Source: Vulcanimicrobiota bacterium (GTDB lineage: Bacteria; Vulcanimicrobiota; Vulcanimicrobiia; Vulcanimicrobiales; Vulcanimicrobiaceae). Taken from it: a DNA stretch of 64,000 bases. The stretch covers positions 384,001 to 448,000 of the forward strand of contig CAWETW010000001.1 in the NCBI GenBank assembly GCA_963812155.1. The letters run 5' to 3'. Under the pieces are notes generated by a model. It was not told where the DNA came from and ran no database searches. It saw nothing but the letters and a program-made list of their open reading frames with translations. The position numbers were made by a program, and so were the translations under genes. This document shows positions 9,020 to 19,968 of this stretch, piece by piece; within the stretch, counting starts at the first letter, position 1; each line of letters opens with the position of its first letter.

Positions 9020-11578
9020 ATGCGATTGGAGCGGCGCGCTGGGCGCGAGTCGAACGGCTCGCAGCATTTCGACGAAGGATTTCGCGTCATCGCCGAAGCG
9101 ATGCCGCAACTCGTTTGGGCGGCTCGTCCCGACGGCACTATTGATTATCTGAATCGGCGGTGGATCGAGTACACCGGCGTCGATTTGGACGAACTGCGGC
9201 GGCGTTCGGAAGACGTGGGCGTCATCCACCCCGACGAACTCGAGGAAACCTGGTCGCTCTGGCGCGACGCGATTCGAAGCGGCGAGCCCTACGAGCAGGA
9301 GTATCGAATTCGGAATGCTGCCGACGGCAGTTACCGTTGGTTCCTCGGCCGCGCCGTCCCGATTCGCGATGACGAAGGGGCGATAGTACAATGGATCGGC
9401 ACCGCCACCGACATCGACGATCGCCAGCGCGCTCGCGACCATCTCCGTTTCATGGTCGAAGCGGGAAACGTTTTCGCGGCGCCGTTCGACGTCGATCGCA
9501 TTTGCCGGGACTTGGCTCGCGCCGCAGTCGGCGAGTTCGCGGATTGGTGTTTCGTCACACTGGCGTCCGAAGGCCGATTCGTGACGCGAGCGATCGCGCA
9601 CAAAGACCAAACCCTTCAGGAGTACGTCGAGCAATACCGCGACCGCTATCCGCCCGACGCGCAAAGCGCTCTCGGCAACGTCGTCCGGACCAACGAACCG
9701 TTGCTCGTCGAACGCGTCCGTGCCGAACAGCTCGAAGCCAGCGCCAGCGATGCAGAACACCTGCGATTGCTCCGTATGCTCGAGATGCATTCGGTTATGA
9801 TCGTGCCGCTGTCGGCTCCCGGCGAAGCGGCGTGCGGCGCGGTCACGATGATGTCGAGTGAATCCCGGCGGCTCTTTTCGGACGTCGACTTGAGCGTCGC
9901 ACAGACGGTCGCCGGCCGCGCAGCGGTGGCCATCCACAACGCGCGCGCGTATCAAGAGGAACGGCGCGCCGCGGACATCCTCCGCTTGACGGGACGCGCG
10001 AATCAACTCTTGTTCGAAACGGCCGATCCTTGGCAATCGATGGAGCAAGTCGCACGAATGGTCGCGTCCGAGGTTGCCGACGCCTGTGCCATACTGCGCC
10101 TCGCCGGCGATACCGCACGCACTGAGTTTATCGTCCATCGCGACGCGGCACTCGATGCGGCACTCGAGCCGCTGCGCGGGCACCGGACGCTTCGGCTCGA
10201 CGCGGAAAAAGAGTTGGCCGGCCGCTTGAAACAGCACCGCACGATCGTTCTGACCGAGGACACCGCAAAGATCAAGGAACGCTCGTGGCAGTATCTGTGG
10301 CCGTCGATCGAAGCACTCAATGCCAACTCGACCGTCATCGTTCCGTGGCATACCGGCTCGGCTACCTACGGCGCGCTCGTCGCACACTACGCCGCGTCGA
10401 GAGTGGATCCGCACGACGTCGCGTTGCTGGAAGAGATCGCGCGCCGGGCGGCGGTTGCGGTCGAGCGGGCCGAAACCCTCGAGCGGGAACGTAATATTGC
10501 AACGACGCTTCAGCAGGCGTCACTGCCGTCGATCATTGCCGAACCGCAAGGCCTCGCCTTCGATGCCGTCTACGCTCCCGCGGGGGAGGAAGCACAAGTC
10601 GGCGGCGATTGGTACGACGCCATCGAGCTCGACGACGGGTCGGTCGTCGTCAGCGTAGGCGACGTCACGGGCCGCGGCATTCAGGCGGCGGCGATCATGA
10701 GCAAAGTGCGCCATGCGATGGGCATGGCACCGCTGCACGAGCCGGACCCCACGCGGATTTTGGATTCTGCAGGATGGTTTCTCGGCAAACGCTATCCGAA
10801 CGCGATCGTCACGGCCTTCGTCGGAATTATTGCGCCGGATCGCCGCACGATGCGTTTTGCAAATGCCGGCCACCCGCTGCCGATCCTGCGGCGCGACGGC
10901 CGGCTCGTCGAGCTGTGCGCTGCCGGCCTGCCTTTAGGGCTCCGGCATCTCGCCGCGCCAACCGCGAGCGGAGAGATCGAACTGCAGCCTTCGGATATCG
11001 TGCTGTTTTTTACCGATGGACTCATCGAAGGTCGCCGCGATTGGAAACTCGGTGAGAAGCTCGTGCAGGACGCGATGCGCAGCGACTTGTTTGCGGCGAC
11101 GGCATCGCCCGCACGACTCCTGGCGCGCAGCTGCCTTCCGCGTACGTTGCACGACGACGTGGCAATACTTGCCGTCACGGTCGCACCGCAACGCGTTTGG
11201 AGCCTCTCGTTGGACGATGCGCGCGCGGCCTCGGACGCGCGATCGCAGTTCGTGGATTTCTTGTGGGGCCGCAGCAAAAACCGTGCCTTCGTCAATGCGG
11301 CCGAACTCATTTTCGGCGAGCTGTTAGGCAACGTCGTCTGCCATGCGCCGGGACCGGTCGAGATCACCGTCGATTGGCTGGAACGTTCGATCCTGTTGCA
11401 CGTCATCGATTCCGGACCGCCGATCCCCGTCACCGATTGGCGCCTGCCCGACGATACGCTCAGCGAACGCGGCCGCGGCCTCTTCATCATCGCGCAACTT
11501 GGAGCGGCGCTGCGCGTGGAACACGTCGTCAACACCGGAAACCACGTCAGCGTCGAGATTCCGCGGGATCCGGCGTAG
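9020..11578 (+). CDS. PAS-GAF-GAF-PP2C (SpoIIE)-HATPase signalling protein; start uncertain
   Basis: PAS (IHPDE, YRWFLGRAVP), two GAF-like segments, VGGDWYD, VGDVTGRG, ANAGHP, FTDGL, DDVA, and C-terminal ELLGNVVCHA...RGRGL anti-sigma-kinase-like domain. Confidence 0.88.
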   Translation: MRLERRAGRESNGSQHFDEGFRVIAEAMPQLVWAARPDGTIDYLNRRWIEYTGVDLDELRRRSEDVGVIHPDELEETWSLWRDAIRSGEPYEQEYRIRNAADGSYRWFLGRAVPIRDDEGAIVQWIGTATDIDDRQRARDHLRFMVEAGNVFAAPFDVDRICRDLARAAVGEFADWCFVTLASEGRFVTRAIAHKDQTLQEYVEQYRDRYPPDAQSALGNVVRTNEPLLVERVRAEQLEASASDAEHLRLLRMLEMHSVMIVPLSAPGEAACGAVTMMSSESRRLFSDVDLSVAQTVAGRAAVAIHNARAYQEERRAADILRLTGRANQLLFETADPWQSMEQVARMVASEVADACAILRLAGDTARTEFIVHRDAALDAALEPLRGHRTLRLDAEKELAGRLKQHRTIVLTEDTAKIKERSWQYLWPSIEALNANSTVIVPWHTGSATYGALVAHYAASRVDPHDVALLEEIARRAAVAVERAETLERERNIATTLQQASLPSIIAEPQGLAFDAVYAPAGEEAQVGGDWYDAIELDDGSVVVSVGDVTGRGIQAAAIMSKVRHAMGMAPLHEPDPTRILDSAGWFLGKRYPNAIVTAFVGIIAPDRRTMRFANAGHPLPILRRDGRLVELCAAGLPLGLRHLAAPTASGEIELQPSDIVLFFTDGLIEGRRDWKLGEKLVQDAMRSDLFAATASPARLLARSCLPRTLHDDVAILAVTVAPQRVWSLSLDDARAASDARSQFVDFLWGRSKNRAFVNAAELIFGELLGNVVCHAPGPVEITVDWLERSILLHVIDSGPPIPVTDWRLPDDTLSERGRGLFIIAQLGAALRVEHVVNTGNHVSVEIPRDPA

Positions 11579-11581
11579 CGG

Positions 11582-11848
11582 TTATGCGCTGTGTTTCTGG
11601 TCGTCGAGCGTCTTGAGCAGCGCGTTCGCTTCGTCGATCAAGTGCTGAATGCGCTGGCTGGTCGGATCGTCGGGTAACCGCCGCGCTCCGATCACGGCGC
11701 GCGCGACGGCATAGGCTACCGCTGCGCCGAGGCCGGCGACGCTCAGCCCCAGACCGAGCCAAATGAGCGTCCGCGACGGGCGCTCCCGGCGGCTTTCGGA
11801 GTAATGACCTTGCGCCTCACCCGAGGCCGAATCAAACGGTTCCAACAC
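11582..11848 (-). CDS. Small single-TM membrane protein with C-terminal helix
   Basis: GTG after GGGGAG; hydrophobic LIWLGLGLSVAGLGAAVAYAVA followed by a helical tail. Confidence 0.6.
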   Translation of the reverse strand: MLEPFDSASGEAQGHYSESRRERPSRTLIWLGLGLSVAGLGAAVAYAVARAVIGARRLPDDPTSQRIQHLIDEANALLKTLDDQKHSA

Positions 11849-11924
11849 CTTCTCCCCTACTCGAACCGATAGAGACGGTTTCGCAGCGGGCGGGAAAAAC
11901 CCCGGCGCAGCGTACTCCGGCATC

Positions 11925-12755
11925 ATGATCTCGCGGGAGCGGGACGAGAGACCGCACGAGCGCCGGCTGCTGCTCTGGGCGACGATCCTCTCGCTTCTTA
12001 TTCATGCACTCTTCGTGCCGTTCACGGCGTGGTTGGGACTCCTCCGGCTTCCCTGGCTCAAGCCTCCGCCTGCGCAACGCGAGACCGTGGTCGCCTCGAC
12101 CTCCGTGCGCATCGAGCGCCGCCCCATTCCGCAACCGCGGGTGGTGCAAGCGCCCCATCCGGTTCGGGCGCCCGTCGCACGGCGGCCGCATCCCATCGAG
12201 CGCGCCGCACCGCCGCCGGTTCCGCGGCACGAACTCGCGCGCGAGATGCCGTCGGCGGCGCCGCAGCCGCCTTTGCAGCGTACTCCGCCGACGCAGGCGC
12301 CGACGCTGCAGCAACAGATCGCCGACCAAGAACGCAGGTTTTCTCAAGAGATCGCGCAACTGCGCGCGCGCAACAATCCGTTAAGTCTGGCCACGAGAGC
12401 GCCCGCGCCGGCCGCCGCCTATCATCGCACCTATTTCGACGTACCGGGACATCGCGATCTGGACGCGGTGCAAGTCGAACTGATTCCGCTGCGGCACTGG
12501 TTTGCGGGCACGACGATCTGCTACTACACGCGTTACGTCGCGCAATACACGCACGGCGGAAGCGAGGAAGGCACGATTCCCTGGCCGGTCTGTTATCCGC
12601 TCGACGACGACCGCATCGCCCATCCGCCGTTCGTGCACGACATCCCGGTGCCGCTGCCGCCGCCGGGCTACGTTCTTCCGCCCGGGACGTACCTCACGCC
12701 GCTGCTTTCGCGCATTTACGGAAATCGATCCGGAGAAAGAAATCCGACGTTGTGA
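11925..12755 (+). CDS. Membrane-anchored proline-rich protein (TonB-like N-terminal layout), C-terminal domain unknown
   Basis: TM segment with SLLIH motif, Pro-rich linker, globular aromatic C-terminus. Confidence 0.6.
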   Translation: MISRERDERPHERRLLLWATILSLLIHALFVPFTAWLGLLRLPWLKPPPAQRETVVASTSVRIERRPIPQPRVVQAPHPVRAPVARRPHPIERAAPPPVPRHELAREMPSAAPQPPLQRTPPTQAPTLQQQIADQERRFSQEIAQLRARNNPLSLATRAPAPAAAYHRTYFDVPGHRDLDAVQVELIPLRHWFAGTTICYYTRYVAQYTHGGSEEGTIPWPVCYPLDDDRIAHPPFVHDIPVPLPPPGYVLPPGTYLTPLLSRIYGNRSGERNPTL

Positions 12756-13843
12756 GGCGTCGCGCCGTCGAGCGCGAGCTGCGCGCCAATCTCGCCCACG
12801 ACGCTGGCAAATTTGAAGCCGTGCCCGGAGAAGCCGCCGCAGACGACGACGTTGGGATGGCGCGGATGGAGCCCGACGACGAAGTTGCGGTCGGGCGTGA
12901 GCGAATACATGCACACCTTCGCGTCGAGGAGCCGGCCCGCGGCTCCCGGCATCCATGCGTCGAGCGCGCGCGCCACCGGTTCTACGTCGCCATCGCCGGC
13001 GTCACGCCGTAATGCGTCGGGAGTGGTCGCTTCTCCGTGTGCGTGGAACGCGGCTTTGACGCCGTCGCCGAGATCCGGGAACCCGTACAGCAGCGGCAAG
13101 CCGGGCCGGTCGACGAGAAATGCGGGGAAGTGCGCGGCATCCCAGCCGGCCGTTTCGGGCGAAAACCAAAGCTGTACGTTGCGCTGAACGACGAGCGGAA
13201 CGCCGATCCGCGCCATCTCGGATGCGAACCACGGACCGAGAGCGAACACCGCCGATTCCGCTTCCACGTGCGAGCCATCCGACAGCGCAATCCGCACCGC
13301 ATCGCCGGCCTCCCACGACGTCATCGCGGCGTGCTGGATCGTCGCCGCGCCGTGCGTTGCCGCCAGCGCGAGATGCGCGCGCACGGCCGCCTCCGGAAAA
13401 ATGATGCCGCCGTCGGGCTCGAACGCGCCGATTTCGTCGTCGCGTACGCGCAGGTGCGGATACCGCGCTCGCATTTCGCCCGCGGTCAGCATCTGCAACG
13501 GTAAATCGTACGCCAGCGCGGCTGCTTGGGTGCCGGTTACCACCTCGCTCTGCTCGCCCCCGGCGAGCAGCAATCCGGTCAGCTGCAGAAGGCGCACTCC
13601 GGTTCGCGACTCTAGGTCACGCCACAACTCGTACGCGCGCAGCAGCAGCGGCACGTAGGCCGCATCTTCGAAATACGCTTTGCGAATGATGCGGGTTTTG
13701 CCGGTCCCGGCTCCGAGAGCGTGTCCGAGCCCGTATTGCTCGATGCCGACGGCGCGCACGCCGCGCATGGCGCATCGCGCCAGCACGGCACTGCCCATCG
13801 AACCGAGGCCGATCACCGCGACGTCGTAGGCGCCGCGCGTCAC
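12716..13843 (-). CDS. solA: N-methyl-L-tryptophan oxidase / monomeric sarcosine oxidase family flavoprotein
   Basis: VIGLGSMG FAD motif, TRIIRKAYFE, CMYSLTPDRNF, GFSGHGFKF. Confidence 0.88.
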   Translation of the reverse strand: MTRGAYDVAVIGLGSMGSAVLARCAMRGVRAVGIEQYGLGHALGAGTGKTRIIRKAYFEDAAYVPLLLRAYELWRDLESRTGVRLLQLTGLLLAGGEQSEVVTGTQAAALAYDLPLQMLTAGEMRARYPHLRVRDDEIGAFEPDGGIIFPEAAVRAHLALAATHGAATIQHAAMTSWEAGDAVRIALSDGSHVEAESAVFALGPWFASEMARIGVPLVVQRNVQLWFSPETAGWDAAHFPAFLVDRPGLPLLYGFPDLGDGVKAAFHAHGEATTPDALRRDAGDGDVEPVARALDAWMPGAAGRLLDAKVCMYSLTPDRNFVVGLHPRHPNVVVCGGFSGHGFKFASVVGEIGAQLALDGATPHNVGFLSPDRFP

Positions 13844-13879
13844 GGGGGGCCTGCTCCCGGCAACGGCCAAGAGCCGACG

Positions 13880-14875
13880 ATGACCGTCTCGGCCGGGTCA
13901 CACATCGGCAACGTGTTTCGCACCGCCGTGCTTTGGGACAACCACACGTGCATGCCGCTCGATCCTCGCGACGAGCGTTTCCTGCCGCAACTCGAGCGCC
14001 TGCGTTCGGCCGGCGTGACGGTCGTGGGATTGAACGTCGGATACGGCGAGCACGGCATCGAGGCGCACGTACGCATGCTGGCACATTTTCGCGCCTGGAT
14101 CAAGGCGCGGCCGGACCGGTATCTCCTCGTCGAACGCGCCGCCGACGTCGCGCTTGCCAAAGAAAGCGGCAGGCTCGGCATCTTCTTCGATATCGAGGGT
14201 GCCAACGCGGTCGAGGATCAGTTGAGCACGATTCCGCTCTACTACGATCTGGGCGTCCGGTGGATGCTCATCGCTTACAACCGCAACAATCGCGCCGGCG
14301 GCGGTTGTCTCGATGACGACGGCGGACTCACCGCCTTCGGACGGGCGGCCGTTGCCGAAATGAATCGCGCCGGAATGGTGCCGTGCTGTTCGCACACCGG
14401 CAAGCGTACCGTTCTCGACGTCATTGCCGCCTCGTCGACACCGGTGATCTTCTCGCACTCGAATCCTCGTGCATTGTGGGACCATCCGCGCAACGTAGAC
14501 GACGACGTCATTCTAGCCTGCGCGCAGCGCGGCGGCGTCGTAGGCATCAACGGCGTCGGCGCCTTTCACGCCGACGTTTCAAGCGTCACGTTCGCTCGCG
14601 CAATCGACTACGTCGCGCAACTTGCCGGCGTCAACCACGTCGGCCTCGGCCTCGACTACGTCTTCGATCAAGAAGAACTTAAGGCGGCGTTTACGGCGAC
14701 GCCGCACCTCTTCGGCGAGGACGCAAAGCGCTATCCGAACGGATGTCCGTTCGTCGCTCCCGAGCAGATTCCGGAGATCGCGGAAGCTCTCTTCGACATG
14801 GGGTACTCCGACGACGACCTGCGGAAGATTCTCGGACTGAATTGGCTGCGCATCGCACGCGAGGTTTGGAAGTAG
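13880..14875 (+). CDS. Membrane dipeptidase (peptidase M19 family)
   Basis: WDNH, DIEGAN, SHTG, FSHSN, HPRN, HVGLGLDY, ILGLNWLR. Confidence 0.88.
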   Translation: MTVSAGSHIGNVFRTAVLWDNHTCMPLDPRDERFLPQLERLRSAGVTVVGLNVGYGEHGIEAHVRMLAHFRAWIKARPDRYLLVERAADVALAKESGRLGIFFDIEGANAVEDQLSTIPLYYDLGVRWMLIAYNRNNRAGGGCLDDDGGLTAFGRAAVAEMNRAGMVPCCSHTGKRTVLDVIAASSTPVIFSHSNPRALWDHPRNVDDDVILACAQRGGVVGINGVGAFHADVSSVTFARAIDYVAQLAGVNHVGLGLDYVFDQEELKAAFTATPHLFGEDAKRYPNGCPFVAPEQIPEIAEALFDMGYSDDDLRKILGLNWLRIAREVWK

Positions 14876-14957
14876 CGGCACGCAAAAAGCGAGCAAGCAG
14901 GTTCGGCCGAAGGAAAAACTGAATTGCGCAGACGGCGACGCGTCAAAGGAGGGCCGT

Positions 14958-16319
14958 ATGAAACAGCTCCCGCGTCTTTTTGCTATCCTTAGCTTGGCTA
15001 TCGCGGCGTCGTGTGGCCACAGCGTACCGACGCCGTTGCCGGCAATACAAGCGGCGCTCGGAGCCGTTCGTGCCGATTCTAGGCCGCGAACCGTCCACGT
15101 CATTCCTTTCTACGACTATGCGAAGTCCGGTTACGAGTTGCCGGGGACCGGCGGCCGAGGCGCTCTCATCGGCGACCCGACGGCGCTATACGGTTCCACC
15201 ATGTCGGGTGGCAGTACGAACTGCTCGACGCCATTTAACGCCGGTTCGAATACCGGCTGCGGCATCGTCTATCGCCTCGTTCCGAAGACGGGCACGACGA
15301 CATATAAGCTCGACGTGCTGCACACGTTCAAAGGCGGTTCCGGCGACGGAGCGGCATCGTTGGCGACGCTGTTCATGGACAAGAGCGGCGACCTCTACGG
15401 GACGACGTTCTACGGCGGGCAGTACGACGAAGGAACGCTCTTCAAGCTTCATCCGAAGCCGGCCGGTGGTTACACCGAAACGATCGTTCACAGCTTTGGT
15501 TCCGGCCAAGACGGTGCCTATCCGGTAACGGGCGTGATTGAGGTCAACGGAATTCTGTACGGTACGACCCTCGGCGGCGGCACGTACAGTTTGGATATAT
15601 GCAAGGCCTCCGGAGGCTCGCCTAACGGAACGTGCGGCACGGTCTATCGCGTGAACCCGGCGACCGGCGCCGAACGCGTGTTGCACAGTTTCGGAAACGG
15701 CAATGACGGTGCAAGCCCTTGGGCCTCGCTGCTTAACGTCGGCGGCACGCTTTACGGCACGACCGATCTCGGCGGCGCGCCTGTGCAGCACCTCTGCGGC
15801 ACCGTCTTCAGCATCGGAACCGACGGAAGCAACGAACGCGTCGTCCACCCCTTTTACAACGATCCCGACGGCTGCAACCCATTCGCGAGCCTCAGCGCCG
15901 TCAACGGCACGCTGTACGGCACGACCTGTTGCGGCGGCGGCAACTTCTGCCCTAATACGTGCAACGGAACGCTTTTTAGTGTGGACCTCTCAACCGGGAA
16001 AGAGCAAGTATTGCACAAGTTTGGACAGGGGCAGGACGGTGCGGAGCCCGTCGACCCTGTAGTGAACGTGCACGGCGTGCTCTACGGAACGACGGACATC
16101 GGAGGCACCGGTGACTGCGACACCAACGGATGCGGCACCGTTTTCAGCTACGCGCCCTCACCGACGAGTCCGGCGTACGCCGTGGTTCACTACTTCAATG
16201 GCTCCAACGAAGGCGGCAACCCAACTGCTGCGCTTCTGTATTCGCAAGGCTCCTTTTACGGTACGACGTCGTTCGGCGGCAAGAAAGGCTTCGGAGCGGC
16301 GGACCAACTGTCGCAGTAG
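14958..16319 (+). CDS. Secreted lipoprotein with tandem LYGTT..GG...GTVF repeats (GloVer/choice-of-anchor type)
   Basis: Signal with AASC; ~7 LYGTT repeats each followed by LHxF..DGAxP. Confidence 0.85.
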   Translation: MKQLPRLFAILSLAIAASCGHSVPTPLPAIQAALGAVRADSRPRTVHVIPFYDYAKSGYELPGTGGRGALIGDPTALYGSTMSGGSTNCSTPFNAGSNTGCGIVYRLVPKTGTTTYKLDVLHTFKGGSGDGAASLATLFMDKSGDLYGTTFYGGQYDEGTLFKLHPKPAGGYTETIVHSFGSGQDGAYPVTGVIEVNGILYGTTLGGGTYSLDICKASGGSPNGTCGTVYRVNPATGAERVLHSFGNGNDGASPWASLLNVGGTLYGTTDLGGAPVQHLCGTVFSIGTDGSNERVVHPFYNDPDGCNPFASLSAVNGTLYGTTCCGGGNFCPNTCNGTLFSVDLSTGKEQVLHKFGQGQDGAEPVDPVVNVHGVLYGTTDIGGTGDCDTNGCGTVFSYAPSPTSPAYAVVHYFNGSNEGGNPTAALLYSQGSFYGTTSFGGKKGFGAADQLSQ

Positions 16320-16511
16320 CATCGGTTTCTAGGCAGCCCGCTCGGTGCGGACAAGAACGCCGCCGTAAGGAATGCTTCCGCGATGACAAGCAGCTGTTTT
16401 ATGCGCGTATTCGAAACGTCCATCTGATCCTCGTTTCTGTGTAACGGGCTAACGGCGGCCCAGGAAAGCATGCATCGATGATGCCGTTCCGGAGCGATCG
16501 GCGGAACGGAC

Positions 16512-16534
16512 ACTTGGACAAACGACTTGGACAA
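16512..16534. promoter_or_regulatory. Direct repeat ACTTGGACAA x2, candidate operator
   Basis: Exact 10-mers at 16512 and 16525, upstream of an HTH regulator gene. Confidence 0.45.
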
Positions 16535-16588
16535 GTGACCGGGCCGTTCGCGGGAGCCGTTCACGCGGGAGCGAAGGTTAGGGCGGGA

Positions 16589-19088
16589 ATGCAGGAAACG
16601 GAATACGTATCCGTCTCTTCAGTCTTTGGACAGCTGCTGCGCCGCTATCGCCTTGGCGCGGGCCTGTCGCAAGAAGGCCTAGCGGAGCGCGCGCGAATGA
16701 GTTCTTTCGCGATCAGCGCCCTGGAGCGGGGTCACCGACGCAAACCCCAGTCTAAGACGCTCGAGCTCTTAGCCGAAGCGCTGGCGCTCAATGCCGACCA
16801 GCGTGGGGAGTTCGAGGCCGCGGCGCGCTCCGCGGGTACACGAGTGGGAGGCCTGACGGCCGGTCCATGGACCACCGAGCCGGCAGCGTATCCCAACAAT
16901 CTGCCGCCGCAACTCACGCCGCTCATTGGACGCACGAACGAGCTCGCCGAGATCGCTGCGCTCGTACGCACACATCCCTTGACGACGCTCGCCGGCGCCG
17001 GCGGCGTCGGAAAGACGCGTCTCGCGTTGCGAGTCGCTGAAACGCTGCTCGAAGAGTATCGCGACGGCGTTTGGCTCGTGGAGCTTGCTGCCTTTAGCGA
17101 ACCCACTTCGGCCGTTCAAGCCGTTGCGTCGGCATTCGACCTACACGAACATCAGAACCATCCGCTGCTCGACGTCGTTTTGCAGTATCTGCGCTCTCGC
17201 AGCCTGCTGCTGATCGTCGACAACTGCGAACACGTCATCGAGGAAACGGTGCGCATCGTCGATGCGATTCTGCGCGGTGCTCCAAATATCCGAATCCTCG
17301 CGACGAGTCGCGAGCCATTGAGCATCGCTGCGGAACACGTCTATCGCGTGCCGTCGTTGGCCGTGCCGCCGAGCACGACTGCGACCGCCGAAGAAGCTGG
17401 GCGCTACGATGCAATCGCATTGTTTGCCGAGCGCGCGGGCGCGGCGGACGCCGCATTCAAGTTGACCGACGACAACGCCCCCGTCGTGGGAGAAATCTGC
17501 AAGCGTCTCGACGGCATTCCTTTGGCAATCGAGCTCGCAGCAGCGCGCACCAGAGTGCTTTCGCTCACGGAGATCGTCGAAAAGCTCGATCAACGGTTCA
17601 GCGTATTGACCGCTAGCCGCCGCACGTCGATACCACGCCAGCAAACGTTGTGGGCTCTGATCGACTGGAGCTACGACTTGCTGCCGGAACGCGACAAGAA
17701 AGTGTTTCGGAGCTTGGGGGTTTTTCCGGGCAGCTTCCTCCTCGCCGCCGTCGCCGGGGCACACGACGGTATGGGCGAAGAGTCCTTCGCCGCCCTCGCA
17801 TCTCTCGTCGAGAAATCGCTCGTGCACGCGGACACCATCGAGGGCAGAACCCGCTACCGTTTGCTCGAGTCGATGCGCGCGTACTCGCGCGATCAGTTGC
17901 TTGCGCACGGCGAACTCGATGCGGCGCTCCTTGCACATGCGAACGCCTACCTTGCACTGGCCGAGCGCTTAGGGTCGCTGTGGGATGCTACTCCGGACAT
18001 TCAATGGAGGTCTAACGCGGAGCCGGAGTTGGAAAACTGGCGCAGCGCCTTGAGATGGGCCTTCGCTCGCAGAAGGCGCCCTGAGCATCGCCCTACGGCT
18101 GACCGTAGCGCTGCGCCCCGTTTGGTTCACGTTAGCCCCTGCAGAGGGCCTCGCGTGGGTACGCCTGGGGCTCAACTCGTGCGGAAGTTCACAACCGGAT
18201 CGCACGAGAGCCTGGCTTGAGCTGACGGCGGCGCACCTTGCGATGGTCATGCAGCAATACGGGGACGCGGCGGCGGCGGCGCAAAGAGCTCTGGCGGGCT
18301 TTTCCGAGATCGACGAGCCGGAAGGGCGAGCGCTGGCGCGTTTGTTCGCCGGCGCCGCGCGTGGGATGTTGGGAGAAACGGCGGAAGCGAGAATCAGTCT
18401 GAGCGCCGCCTTAGACGAATGCCGTGCCTTGGGCGCGCGTCGCGCGGTCGCAGCGGCTCTGCTTTACCTGGCCGTGTTAGAACTCGAGAGCGGAGATGCC
18501 GATTCGACGCGGCGCCTCTTCGCAGAAGCCCTCACGTTGTTCAAAACCCTGGGCGCCTCACGACCCGCAGCGCACGTCGCGCTGAATCTCGCCGAACTCG
18601 AATTCAAATGGGGAAATGCGGCGGCGGCGTTACGCCTAGCAAACGAAGCGCTCGAAGCCGACGCCGCGTTGAACGACCGCGATGCAGTAGCGTACGATCT
18701 GTGCAACATCGCGGCATACGAAGGCGCGTTGGGCCACTGGGAGGCAAGCGAAATCCACGCGCGCGAAGCGCTTGCCCTTGGGCGCGAACGCAGCATGACG
18801 AGTGCCGTCGCGTGGGCGATTCAGCATCTAGCAACGGTTGCGGCGCTGCAACCGGTGTCCGGCGCCGCGCTCCGAACGGAGCGGCTGCGCCGAGCAGTAC
18901 GTTTCGTCGGCTTCGTCGATGCGCGCGTCGCCGAATACGGACTGTACCGCGATTTCGCGGAGCGGCGCGAACGCGAGCAAATCCTGGCGGCCGCCCGCGA
19001 GACCCTGGGTGCCGATGCGGATGCGTTGATCGAGGAGGGAAGCACCTGGACCGAGGCTCGTGCTTTCGAGGAGACCTTGCTCGTCTGA
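16589..19088 (+). CDS. XRE-HTH + STAND/NB-ARC-like ATPase + TPR transcriptional regulator; apparent +1 frameshift near 18068
   Basis: LSQEGLAERA..ISALERG HTH, GAGGVGKT P-loop, VDNCEH, LDGIPLAIELAA; shifted frame AEGALSIALRLTVALRPVWF runs into ORF 18243-19088. Confidence 0.85.
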
Positions 19089-19140
19089 GCCGTGTCCGGC
19101 GAAGCAGGCATCGCTTATACATCGTTAAACTGCGCGAAGC

Positions 19141-19968
19141 ATGATCGCACCGGAGAGCGAGTATCTGGAGGCCGTTTCGAGCGACGGCGTCCGGCTGTGC
19201 GTGCGTGCGGCCGGGCCCCGCGATCGCATGCCGATTCTCTTCATCCACGGTTTTTCGCAGAGCCATCTCGCGTGGCGCCGTCAGTTTGAAGGCACGCTTG
19301 CGGACGAGTTTCGTTTAATCGCATTCGATCTGCGTGGCCACGGATGGTCGGACAAGCCGGCCGACGCGCAATCGTATCGCGAGCCGCAACGGTGGGGCGA
19401 CGACGTCGCCGCCGTGCTCGCCGCCGCGGGCGCCGAACGCGCCGTTTTCGTTGGATGGTCGTACGGCGGACGCGTGATTCTCGATTACATTGCGACGCAC
19501 GGAACCAATGCGATCGCCGGCATCAACTTCGTTGCAGCCGTGATCGGCGACGCAGACGAGTATTACGGCGAGGGCATCGGCACAATCCGCGGAACGCTCG
19601 CATCGGACCCGGCGGCGAGCATCGACGGTACTCGCCGCTTTCTTCGCGCCTGTTTCGCTCGCGCACCCGAACCCGACGATTTCGAGCGCATGCTGGCATA
19701 CAACGCGATGGCGCCGCCGGCGATCCGCGCCAAGCTGTTGGGGCGCAAGACCGACGCCGATGCGCTGCTCGCATCGATCGCGTTGCCGGCGCTCTTCACG
19801 CAAGGAACGCTCGACGCCATCATCGCACCGGCCATGAGCGAGTACGGCGCCCGAACGCTACCGGGCGCAAAACTGTCGCTCTATGAGGGCATCGGCCACT
19901 CACCGTTTTTCGAGGATGCCGAACGCTTCGACCGCGAGCTGGCCGGTTTCGTGAGCACCTGTGTCTGA
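19141..19968 (+). CDS. Alpha/beta hydrolase (non-heme chloroperoxidase/esterase-like)
   Basis: FIHGFSQ, DLRGHG, GWSYGG nucleophile elbow, D in GTLDAII, H in GHSPF. Confidence 0.88.
   Translation: MIAPESEYLEAVSSDGVRLCVRAAGPRDRMPILFIHGFSQSHLAWRRQFEGTLADEFRLIAFDLRGHGWSDKPADAQSYREPQRWGDDVAAVLAAAGAERAVFVGWSYGGRVILDYIATHGTNAIAGINFVAAVIGDADEYYGEGIGTIRGTLASDPAASIDGTRRFLRACFARAPEPDDFERMLAYNAMAPPAIRAKLLGRKTDADALLASIALPALFTQGTLDAIIAPAMSEYGARTLPGAKLSLYEGIGHSPFFEDAERFDRELAGFVSTCV

Noticed and set aside
16589..19088. Avs-type antiphage STAND system
   Set aside because: The N-terminal domain is an XRE HTH with no nuclease, TIR or other effector; the architecture matches common transcriptional regulators
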